DNA of 64,000 bases. Source: the human T2T-CHM13v2.0 reference genome, Homo sapiens. Every line of letters starts with the position of its first letter. The stretch's first letter is position 1. Below the pieces are notes generated by a model. The model made no database searches. It had not been told where the DNA came from and was given only the letters and a program-made list of their open reading frames with translations. Positions 48,510-64,000 of this stretch are shown here, piece after piece. The stretch lies in the NCBI RefSeq assembly GCF_009914755.1, contig NC_060945.1; one strand, 5' to 3'. The translations under genes and the position numbers were made by a program.

Positions 48510-49720
48510 CGCCACCTGCAGGGCACCCCCTGATAGCGCCCCTAACCCGCCGCCAGCTATTGGACCCGGGATGGCGCCCCTAACACCCTCCCCTCGCCGC
48601 TGCAGTGTAGAAACCCAATAGCGTCCCGAACCCGTCCCCGCCTCAGACGTTGCAGCACCAGATAACTCCCCCAACCTGCCCCCTGCCGTGGGCCATGCAG
48701 CCACGGATTGGACCCCCAACCAACTCCCTCGCCGCTGGCAGTGACGCCCCAGAAAGCGCTGCAACCTGATCCCCGCCGTGAATAGTGCAGCCACGGATCC
48801 TTAAGGCCCCCAACCCGCTCCCCACGATGGGCAGTGCCCTCCCAGATAGCGGATAGCACTCCCAACCATCCCCCAGCCGCGGGGTATGATGCCCTGGATA
48901 GCGCACCCAACCCGCACCCCCCGCCCCGTGGACAGCTTAGCCCCCGACAGCTCCCCTAACCCGTATGCCACTACCGAGAATATGGTCCCGATAGCGCACC
49001 AAACCTGACTCCCGCCACAGGCAGTGCAGCAGCTGATAGCTCCCCTAACTCGCTCCCACTGACCACAGTACAGCCCCCTAATGATGCACACAACCCACCA
49101 CACCTCCCCACCTGCCACCGGTGGGGTATCGCCCCCAAACTGCCCCTTGCCGCTGGCAGTGTAGCCCCCAATAGCGCACCCAACGCCCCCCTCTATCATG
49201 AGTAGTCTGGCCCGCGATAGGGCCTGAAACCACCCCCTCCAATCACCTCCCTGTACCCCCCTTTCCCGCCCCCCCCCCACCTGCAGTGTACCACCGGATA
49301 CTGCCCCTAACCTATCCCCTGCGGGGGGCATTGCAGCCCCAGATAGCGCCCCCAACAAGTCCCCCGCCGCGGGCGGTGCAGCCCCCAAACCACCCCCCCA
49401 CCCCACTATGGGCAATGAAGCCAGACCAGTCAGCACCCCGACCAGTCCCCCCACCCCGGCGCCGCCGGCAGTGTAACCACAGTAGCGGCCCTAACCCGCC
49501 CCCTGTCGCGGGCAGTGTAGCACCCAATAGGGCCCCCAACCAGCCCTACTGCTGCTGGCAGTACAGCCCAGGATAGTGCCCCCAACCTGCCCCCCCCCCC
49601 CCCCCGCTGCTGCGGGCAGCGCAGCCCGGGATAGCACACCTAAAGTAGTGACGCCCGGAATAACACCCCTACCGGCCCCCGGCCGCGGGCAATGTAGCCC
49701 CGGATAGCGCACCTACCCAA
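48510..49720. repeat. Degenerate ~38-45 bp GC-skewed tandem array
   Basis: Recurring GGCAGTG(C/T)AGCCCCNGATAGCGC(A/C)CCCAACCCGCCCCC. Confidence 0.85.
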
Positions 49721-50043
49721 TCGCCTTTCTACGCTCTGGCCGGCTGCAGTGTCCGCTGCTGCCACCCACAGCAGCGAGGCGAGCCAGCGAGGCCAGCCGC
49801 AGTCCCACAGACTCTAGCCTCCAGCCTGTGGTAGGTGCCTCCTCTTTCCCTTCCTGTATCCAGGCAAGGAGCAGCTCTCGCTGCCAGCCGCCTGTCTCCA
49901 TCACCGCCACACACTATGCAGAGGCAAGCCCTGGTGCCACAGGATCCAGCCTCCAGCCCCAGCGTGTGGCGGGGGACTCCGCTTTCGCCTTCTTTAAGGT
50001 GCGAACGGAGGGGTTGGGAACGCTGAGGCACAACAGCCTGCAA

Positions 50044-50120
50044 TGGCGCAACTCCCCCTTAGCATGCTTTATATACTGAGGTTATGCAAGCCAGGTTCCT
50101 GGACTTCATGTTCTGATTGG
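50044..50120 (-). promoter_or_regulatory. Putative Pol II core promoter: CCAAT, octamer-like box, TATA, Inr
   Basis: Minus strand CCAAT (50120-50116), CTTGCATAA (50090-50082), TATATAAA (50075-50068), CCATT with the A at 50044. Confidence 0.5.
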
Positions 50121-50391
50121 ATGAGAGAAAACCGCTAGGCCTGCTAGTTGGGGGCACTATCCCAGACTGTATTGCCGGCAGCAGTGAGGTGGGTTAAGGG
50201 TGCTATCCAGGGCTGCACTGCTCGGGGGTGCGGGTGGGGGGGGTTTGGGTTTAGGCACTATGGGGTGCTGCAATGCCCACGGTGCAGGGAGAGGGGGAAG
50301 TTTGGGTGTGTTGGGTGCGCTATGGGGTGGGGGGGCTACACTGCTGGTGGCAGGGGGCGGGGTTGGTTGGGGACCGTATCAGGGGCTGCAC

Positions 50392-51690
50392 TGATTGCTT
50401 TAGCTAGGATTTCCAATACTATGTTAAGTAACAGTGGTGACAGTGGGCATCCTTATCATGTTCCAGATCTTAGAGGAAAAGCTTTCCATTTTCCCCCATT
50501 CCATATGATTCTAGCTGTGAGTCTCTCTCTTGTGGTTTTTATTATGTTGCAGTTATGTTTCTTCTGTACTTGGTTTTTTGAGGATTTATAACATGAAGGA
50601 ATGCTGAATTTCATCAAATGCTTTTTCAGTTTCAGTTGACATAATCATACTGTTTTGTCGTTTATTTGGTTGATATGATGTATCACATTGAGTGTTGAAT
50701 GACCCTTGCATCCCAGGGATACATCCTACTTGATCCTGATGAATTATCTTTTTAATGTATTGCTGAATTTGATTTGCTGGTATTTTGTTGAGGATGTTTG
50801 CACCAATATTAGAGATACTGGCCTGTAGTTTCCTTCTTTGATGTCTTTGTCTGATTTTGGTATGAGGGTAATAATGGCCCCACAGAATAAGTTTGGAAGT
50901 ATTCCCTGCTGTTTTTCAAAATAGTTTGAGTAGGATTGGTACTAGGTCTGTAAATGTGTGGTGTGAAACCATCAGCAGTGAAGCCATTGGTTCCTGGGCT
51001 TTTTTTTACTGGGAGACTTTTTCTGATGGCTTCGATCTCATTACTTGTTACCGATCTGTTCTGGTCTTGGATGTTTTCACTGTTCAAACTAGGTAGGTTG
51101 TATGCGTCTAGGATTTCTACTAGGCTTTCTAATTTATTGGCATATAATAGCCAGTTAAGATCCTTTGAATTTCTGAAGTATCAGTTGTAATGTCTCCTAT
51201 TTTATTTTTTGATTTTATTTATTTGAATCTTCTCTCTTTTTTCTTAGGCAGCCTGGCTAAAAGTTTGTCAGTTTTGTGTAGCTTTCCAGAAAACCAACTT
51301 TTTGTTTAATTTTGTGTATTTTTTTAATTTCAACTTTATTTCTGCTATGATCTTTATTATTTCTTTTCTTATTTTGGGTTTAGTTTGTTCTTACTTTACT
51401 AGTTCTTTAAGATGTATGGTTTATTTGAAGTTTTTCTTCTGTTTGGATGGTAGGCACTTATAGCTATGAAACTCTGCCTTTGTACTGTTTTTGGCATATC
51501 AAAAGTTTTGGTATATTGTGTCTTCATTACCATTTGTTTCATGAAATTTTTCAATTTCCATCTTATATCTTCATTGACCCACTAGTCATTCATTCAGGAG
51601 TGTATTATTTAACTTCCATGTGACTGTATGGTTTCCAAAATTCTTCTTCTTATTGATACCTAGTTTTATTCTTTTGTAGTCAAAGAAGAT
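50392..51690 (-). mobile_element. Old L1 (L1M/L1PB) ORF2 fragment with internal deletions
   Basis: EIEAIRKSLPVKKSPGTNGFTA and TWKLNNTLLNE remnants. Confidence 0.85.
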
Positions 51691-52340
51691 GACCATGGAG
51701 ACAGCAGCGTGGTCGGAGTGGTAGCAGGCAGCCATCAGCAAGAGCTGCTCCGTGCCAGGCTGCTGGAGGCTAGAGCCTGTGGCCCAGTGGCTTGCCTCAC
51801 TGTGGTTGGTGGTGGTGGTGACAGAGACTGCAGCATGACCAGAGTGATAGGATAGGGGCCATCGGGGCTGCACTTTTCACAGTGTGGGGTGGGTTGGGGG
51901 CACTATCTAGGGTGTCACTGCCTGCACTGGGGGTACTGGTTGGTAGCATTATATGGGGCTGCACTGCCCATGGTGGGGACCATGTTATGGGTGCTCTCTG
52001 GGACTGCAATTCCCATAGAGGAGGACAGGTTAGGGCACTATCGGGTATACGCTGCTGGTGGCGTTGGGGGAGTGGAGGTGGGGGGCGCTATTGAGGGCAG
52101 GATTAGCCATGGAGGGGGGCAAGTTGGGTACTGTTGGGGGCTGCGCTGCTGGCGACGATCAGCAGAGTTGGCAGCGACAGTGGTGGCATCCAAGGAAGGA
52201 GCGGTTCTCCTCTCCCTGGACTCCACACTCCAGAGGGCAACCTACTCTTGCTCATACTGGAGCGCGGCAGAGGCAGTGTTTCTGTGGAAATCCTGAGCAT
52301 GGCAGAGCCCCTACACCCACCGTGGTTACTGGGCCCATGC
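51690..52340 (-). repeat. Inverted, CpG-decayed copy of the 48330-49905 region
   Basis: The reverse complement of 52150-52337 aligns with 48330-48520, and that of 51693-51850 aligns with 49730-49905. Confidence 0.8.
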
Positions 52341-52969
52341 ACTCTGGGTCTGTGCCACGGAGACTGCCTGGCACCCCCCAGTATGGAGTAGCAGACACCA
52401 CTGGGGACAGGTCCTTGTACATGGAGGCATCCGGAACAGGAAGTGGCACCTGGGTGCAGAGGGTTGGCTGGGTCTGAGTTTCTGCTGCTCCTGCTCCCCG
52501 AGGAGTGCAGCCCGAGTGGGCCCAGCAGTTCCTGTGGAGTGAGGAGCCAGGCACTATGGTGTCTCCAGCACCCACCCCAGGCCCCAGTTTCTGGCCAGCT
52601 TGGGCCAAAAGGAGAGTCTGGACTTTGAAGGGTGGGTGTGAGTGCCTTCACTGAAACTGGCCCCTGCCACCCAGTGGCTGGCATGACAAAGTGAGGCTCT
52701 GACGCTACCACCCCTTGCATCTTCCTCTAGGATTTTCTGGCTTTGCCCTCCCAGCTGCTCCGTGCCAGGAGGAGGAGGAGACACCTGGAGCCTGCAACAC
52801 CACAGCTCGCTTCTCTGTGGGCTGGTGGTGGCAATGCAGACTGCAGCATCCTGGAGCAGTAGGAGGGCAGGCGGCTGCGGCCAGGGTGGGGGCAGGCCTA
52901 CAGCAGTGGCCAGGTTGCAGCAGTGGCCAGGTGGTAGGAGCCTTGTAGGGAGGGCCGATGCATTCACAA

Positions 52970-55920
52970 TGGGCCTGGCTATGCCCTGCCCGTGCTGTGG
53001 ACCTGGCCCTGTACTGCCCTGCCCAGCCTTGCCCTGGACCTGCCCTACCATTACCTGGACTGTCTCAGCCCTGCTCTGCTCTGGTCCCACCCTGGCCCTG
53101 TCTTGGCCCTGTGCTACCCTGTCCCTGCTCTGGTCCTGCCCTTGCACTTGCCCTTCCCTGGCTCAGGCCCTGGCTCCATCTCTGCCCTGGACCTTCCCTG
53201 AATCTGTGCTGACCCAGCTTTGGCTCTGGCCCTGCCTCCTGTCCTGACCCTGGCCCTGCCATGGCACTGGCCCTGCCAATGGTCATGGTCCTGGTCCTGT
53301 CCTGGCCCTGATTTGTCCCAGCCCTGCCTTGGCCTGTCCCTGCCCTGGCCCCACCATGGCCCTGCCTGTTCTGCCCTCTCCTGGCACTGACCTTGCCCTG
53401 TCATGGCCCGGCGGTGCCATTGCCCTGCCTTACACTGCCCTGGTTGTGCCCTGGCCCTGCCTGACGCTGGCCGCTCCCTGGACCTGCCCTGACCTTGCCG
53501 TGGCTTTTGCCCTGCCCTCGCTATGGCCTGGCTCTGGTCCTGTCCTGGCCCAGCCTCCTGGCCCTGATCCTGGTCCTGCCATATCCCTGGCTCTGCCCTT
53601 ATCCAGGTCCTGCCCTTGCCTGTGCCCTGGCCCTGGCCTGGAACCTGATCCTGCCAAGGACCTGCCCTGACTCTGCCATGGCCCTGGCCCTGCTCTGCCT
53701 TGCTCCTGGCCCTGACCCAGACCCTTTCCTGGTTCTGTCCTGGCCCTGGCCTTTCCCTGGCCCTGAGCTGGCAGTAGTCTGCCCCTGGTCTTGGCACCAA
53801 CCTGCCCTGCCGTGCTCTGGCTGTGTCATCACCCTGCCCTGGCCCTGCCCTCACCCTACTCTGGCTTTGACCCTGCCCTGGCCCTACCTTGGCTCTCACC
53901 CTCGTCTTGGCTACGGCCTGCTCTGGACCTGGCCCTAGCCCAGACCTGGCCCTGACCCTGGCCTTTGTCCTGCCATATCCCTGGCCCTGGCCCTGGCCCT
54001 GGCCCTGAAGTGACTAGACCCTGTTTTGGCCTGTCCCTGCTCTGCCCCTACCATTGCCTTGCCCTGTTCTGCCTTGTCCTGGCACTGACCCGGCCATGCC
54101 ATTGCCCTGCCTTACCCTGCCTTGGCCGTGCCCTGGCTCGGTTCTGGCCCCGGCCCCGCCCTGAACATGCCCTGACACTGCCTCAGCTTTGGCACCAGCC
54201 TGGCTCTGCCTTGGCATTGGCCCTGCTCTCTCTATGGACCGGCTCTGGTCCTGTCCTGCACTGGCCATACCATGCCTTGCCCTGACTCAGCCCTGACTCA
54301 GCCCTGGCTCAGCTCTGGCCTTGGTGTTGCCCATGGTCCTGCCGTGTTTCTTGCCCTGTCCCTACCCTGGCCCTGGCCCTGACCCTTACCCTGGTCTGGC
54401 CCTGCTCGTGCCCTAACGCAGACCCTGGACCTGTCCTGGCCCTGGCCCTTCCTGGCTTGAGACCTTACCCTGGTTCTGCCCTGGCCCTGACCCTGTCCTG
54501 ACCCTGAAATACTGGCCCTACACTGGTCTTGCACTGCTCTGGTCCTTGCCCTGACTCTGGCCCTGTCACTATCCTAGCCCCAGCCCTGTCGCTGGTCTTA
54601 CCATGGCCCAGACCCTGCCTTGGCCCTACCCTGACCCTGTCCTGGACTCCGGCTGTGCCAAGAACCTGAACTGTCCTTGCCCTTCTTTTGCTCCTGCCCT
54701 GAACCTGGTCCTGCCCAGGCCATGGCCATGGCCCTGTCCCTGCCCTGGTCTTGGCACTGGCCTGGCCCTGCCTTGGCCCTATGCTTTCATGGACCTGTCC
54801 TGCGTGCCCTGGCCCTGCCTTGGCCCTAGCCTGGCTTTGACCCTGCCCTGGCCCTACCTTGGCCTTCACCCTAGCCTTGCCTGAGCCCTGTCTTGTACCT
54901 GGCTATAGCACAGACCTGGCTGTGGCCCTGGCCCTGCCGTGGCCCTGTCCCAGACCCTGGCCCTGCCAGGTACCTGTCCTGGCCCTGGTTCTGCCCTGGC
55001 CCTCCCCTTGCCCTGGCCCCTCCCTGGCCATGCTTTTTCCCTGGTCCTTCCCTGGCCTGCCCTTGCCCTGGCCCCTTTCTGGTCCTGCCATGTTTCTGGC
55101 CCTGCCCTGTCCATGCCCCGGACCTGGCTCTGGCCCTAGACTTCCCTGGCTGTGCCCTGCCATACCCTGGCCTGGTCCTTGCTCTACACTGACCCTGCCC
55201 TGCCTTGGCCCTGTGCTACCCTCACCCTGCCCTGGCCCTCCACTGGCCCTGGCCCTGACCTGGCCCTGTCTTAAGCCCTGGCCCTGCCATGTCCCTGCCC
55301 TGGCCCTGGTTCTGCCCTGCTTCTGGCCCTGGCCTTGGTCCTGTCATGTCCCTGGCTGTGACCTTGCCCGGTTCTACCCTGGCTCTGGCCCTGCCCTGGT
55401 TCTGGTCCTGCCCTGGCCCAGCCCTGACTGGGAACTGTACTACCCTGGCCCTGCCCAGCCCAACACTGCCCAGGCTGGAGCCCTGCCTTGGCCATGCCCA
55501 TGGCCCTGCCCCTGGTCCTGTCGTGGCCCTTACCCTGCCACTGGTCCTACGATAGCCCTGACCCTGACTTGGCCCTGGTCCTGACCTAGCTGTGGCCCTG
55601 CCCTGCTTCTGGCCCTGTCCTGGCCCTGCCATTGCCTTGGCCCTGGCCCTGCCCTGGCTCCTACCTGCCCTGGCCTTTCCTCGGCCCTGTGCTACCCTGG
55701 CCCTGCCATGTTGTGGCCCTGCCTCTGCCTTGGCCCTGCTCTGGGCATGGCCTTAGCATTCGACCTGGCCCTGCCCTGCCCCTGCCCTGGACCTGCCCTA
55801 CCATTACCTGGCCTGTCCCGGCCCCGCCCTGCCCTGGCCCCACCCTGGCCCTATCTTGGCCCTGTGCCACCCTGTCCCTGCCCTGCCCTTGCATTGGCCC
55901 TTCCCTGGCACAGGCCCTGG
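52970..55920. repeat. CAGGG-type (CCCTG/GCCCTG)n degenerate array, ~3 kb
   Basis: Hundreds of CCCTG/GGCCCTG units with extreme C skew on the plus strand. Confidence 0.9.
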
Positions 55921-56150
55921 ATTAACAAAGTTGTACAGTCATCAATCACCACTGTTTCAGTGCAGAACATTTTCGTCTTCCCAAAAAGAAACCCCTCAGT
56001 AATCACTCCCTGTCCCCCTCCCCTCATGGCCCTTGGCAACCACTATTCTAGTTTTTTGTCTCTATGGATTTACTTATTCTAAACTAGACATTTGATATAA
56101 ATGGAATCATTCAGCATGTGACCTTTTTGTCTGGCATGTGCCAAGATTTT
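55921..56150 (-). mobile_element. Old L1M 3' fragment
   Basis: agaacattttcgtcttcccaaaaagaaaccc...ggcaaccactattcta...aaatggaatcat. Confidence 0.7.
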
Positions 56151-56203
56151 TGAAGCGTACTTTTTAATTTTTCTCTGATATTTTCTAAAGTTTAGATTTT
56201 TAA

Positions 56204-56515
<312 letters not shown>

Positions 56516-56524
56516 TAAAAAAAT

Positions 56525-56736
56525 GTATTTTTAGAAGTGTATTACAAAAAAAAATTAACTGGATGTAGTGGCAGGCGCCTATGATCCCAGCTACTCAGGA
56601 GGCTGAGGCAGGGAGAATTGCTTGAACCTGGGGGGTAGAGGTTGCAGTGAGCTGAGATCATGCCAGTGCACTCCAGCCTGGGCGACAGAGCGAGAGTCCA
56701 TCTCAAAAAACAAAAAATAAAATAATAAAATAAAAT
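56525..56736 (+). mobile_element. Partial Alu (right arm)
   Basis: Right monomer with (AAAAT)n tail. Confidence 0.85.
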
Positions 56737-57349
56737 AGTATTCTCACCCTTTTCTACTCACATTCCCTCTGAGCTAATTAGTGCTATTGGCTGGTGTGTA
56801 TCCTTCCACTCACATTTACTTACTCGTACATTCAAATGCAAAATACACATACATACATAGTATGGTGGTGGTTGTATTTTAAAATGAAATTATTTTATGC
56901 ACATTACTTTGCATCTTGCTTTATTTAAGAAAATATTTTAGCTGTTCCTCAAAATAGTTGATAGAGATCTAACACATTCCTTTCAATATTAGGTAACATT
57001 CTGTTACACTAATGAGCCTCATTTACTCGACCATTTCACTGAATGGGTGGATATTCAGATGTTTTCAGTTTTTTGACACCATAGCTAAGTCTTAATAAAT
57101 ATCTTGTTCATATATTCTTCTTAACTGATGCTCTTAATTCTATAGGCTAGAATCCCAAATCTGGGGTTTCTGTGTCAAGAACATTTGCATTTAAAATTTG
57201 TAATAGTTATTACTAGATTTATGTTCCCCAGTAGTTGCAGCAGGTCACAGCTTCATCCCCACTGAAATGCCTATTTTCCTGCATTTTTATCAGGATTAGC
57301 TGTTTTGCAATCTTTAAAATTTTTTGCCCCACTAATAAGGTAAGAAAGT

Positions 57350-57535
57350 ATCTTATCTCAAGTATTCTTACCTTCTCTTTCAGAGGTAAACTGTATGACG
57401 TAATGGATATGTTAATTACCTTGATTGTGGTACTCATTTTAGAATGTATAAGTTTATCAGAACATCATGTTTTGTACACCTTAAATATATACAATTTTTA
57501 TTTTTCAATCATACCTCAATAAACCTGAAAAAAAG
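57350..57535 (+). mobile_element. L1MA 3' end
   Basis: atggatatgttaattaccttgattgtggt...tacaccttaaatatatacaatttt...cctcaataaa. Confidence 0.7.
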
Positions 57536-57759
57536 TCATTCAGAAAGGAATCAAACAGTAGATACTAGCATTAAAAATATGTTATAAATTTTCAAGCCTA
57601 GAATGATAACATAAGATTAGGAACAAGAATATGTGTGTATAGATTTTAACATTTATATCTGTGAATATTAATCGATATATACAGATCTTGAAGGCAAGTT
57701 ACAATCGTGAAGAAAATGAAAATTATGTTGTGTACCTATAATATGAAAATAAAAAATCA

Positions 57760-58235
57760 CACAAAGGCATATACCTTCACTCAAGGATGCATACTCGAGT
57801 ATACATATTATTTATAATAACCTAAATTTGTAAACAGCCCCAAATGTCCATTAACTTGTGAATAAATAAACCAACAGTGATACCTTGAAAGAATGGAATA
57901 CTATTCAGCAATAAAAAGGAACTAACTACTGACTCGGCAATATTCGTGAATCTCAAAAATATTATGCTAAGTGAAAGAGAGATGACATACTATGTGATTT
58001 CTTTTAAAATTTCTAGAAAAGACAAAATTCAGGACAGAAAGCAGATCAGTGGATGCCAGGAGTAGGAGTTAAGGGAGGAAATTTATTGCAAAGGAACAGT
58101 AGGCGACTGATTGTGGTGATGTTTGAAATGTTCTATGTCACGATCATGGTTGTGGTTACATGACTATTCTGAAAGTTCGTTAAGTTGTACACTTCAAATT
58201 GCTGATGCTCATTATATGTTAATTATACCTTAAAG
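57760..58235 (+). mobile_element. L1ME/MC 3' end
   Basis: cccaaatgtccatt...aatggaatactattcagcaataaaaagg...gaatctcaaaaatattatgctaagtgaaaga. Confidence 0.7.
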
Positions 58236-58252
58236 CTAATAATTCATATTTA

Positions 58253-63676
<5,424 letters not shown>

Positions 63677-64000
63677 CTTTACCACTTATCATTAGTTTTA
63701 AAGAAAAAAAAACTGACATAATGGAAATTTTCACTATACCTCAGGAAGGGAATTCAGTGGAAAAGTAAGCTTCCTATTCCCTCTTGACCTTCAGTTTATA
63801 CTTTTCTTCCTAAGTCAAGTACTACTACTGGTTTCTTATGCTATTTCTAGAACTAGCCTATCTATCTGTTGTCTATTTAAAATAACTCATTATTCACCTT
63901 TTATTTGAGCTGCCTTATGGATCTATGTAGTTTTTCTGTCTCTTTTTAAAATTTTTTATGTGGTAAAATACACATAACATAAAATTTACCATCTTAACCA

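Larger units (their letters stand above)
47650..50050. promoter_or_regulatory. CpG island over exon 1 and the upstream region
   Basis: Sharp rise in GC and CpG density against the AT-rich introns. Confidence 0.8.

Noticed and set aside
48510-49720. Repeat/variable-spacer pattern resembling a CRISPR array
   Set aside because: Primate DNA; the units are degenerate tandem copies without unique spacers, and there are no cas genes.
48000-55920. Dozens of overlapping Pro/Gly/Ala/Cys-rich ORFs
   Set aside because: By-products of the CpG island and the GC-rich tandem arrays.

Overview
Hominid (human-like) pericentromeric segmental-duplication DNA, not microbial. The window is dominated by an unprocessed ANKRD20A-family (ANKRD26/ANKRD18/CCDC144-related) pseudogene on the minus strand. 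I mapped 15 coding exons by hand, from the ATG at 47972 to the stop at 2103. It carries four nonsense codons (one formed only across the exon 4/5 splice junction) and a lost donor site. Its last exon is split by a 3.1 kb retrotransposed chimera: spliced, intronless 5' RHOT1 (Miro1) mRNA joined at a splice acceptor to a 5'-truncated SVA, bounded by a perfect 13-bp target-site duplication (TSD). The RHOT1 frame is still open (110 aa Miro1 GTPase N-terminus + 25 SVA-encoded aa). Upstream of the gene are a CpG island with a ~40-bp GC-skewed tandem array, a CCAAT/octamer-like/TATA/Inr core promoter, an old inverted duplication, a ~3 kb CAGGG (switch-region-like) array and a 3'-deleted L1PA. The introns hold a degenerate CCDC144-type exon, a U6 retrocopy and many Alu/L1/LTR/DNA-transposon relics. 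Family and subfamily names come from recall of consensus and protein sequences, not from a database search. From memory, RHOT1-SVA copies inside ANKRD20A pseudogenes are already annotated on human chr13/18/21; I cannot tell which paralogue this is.
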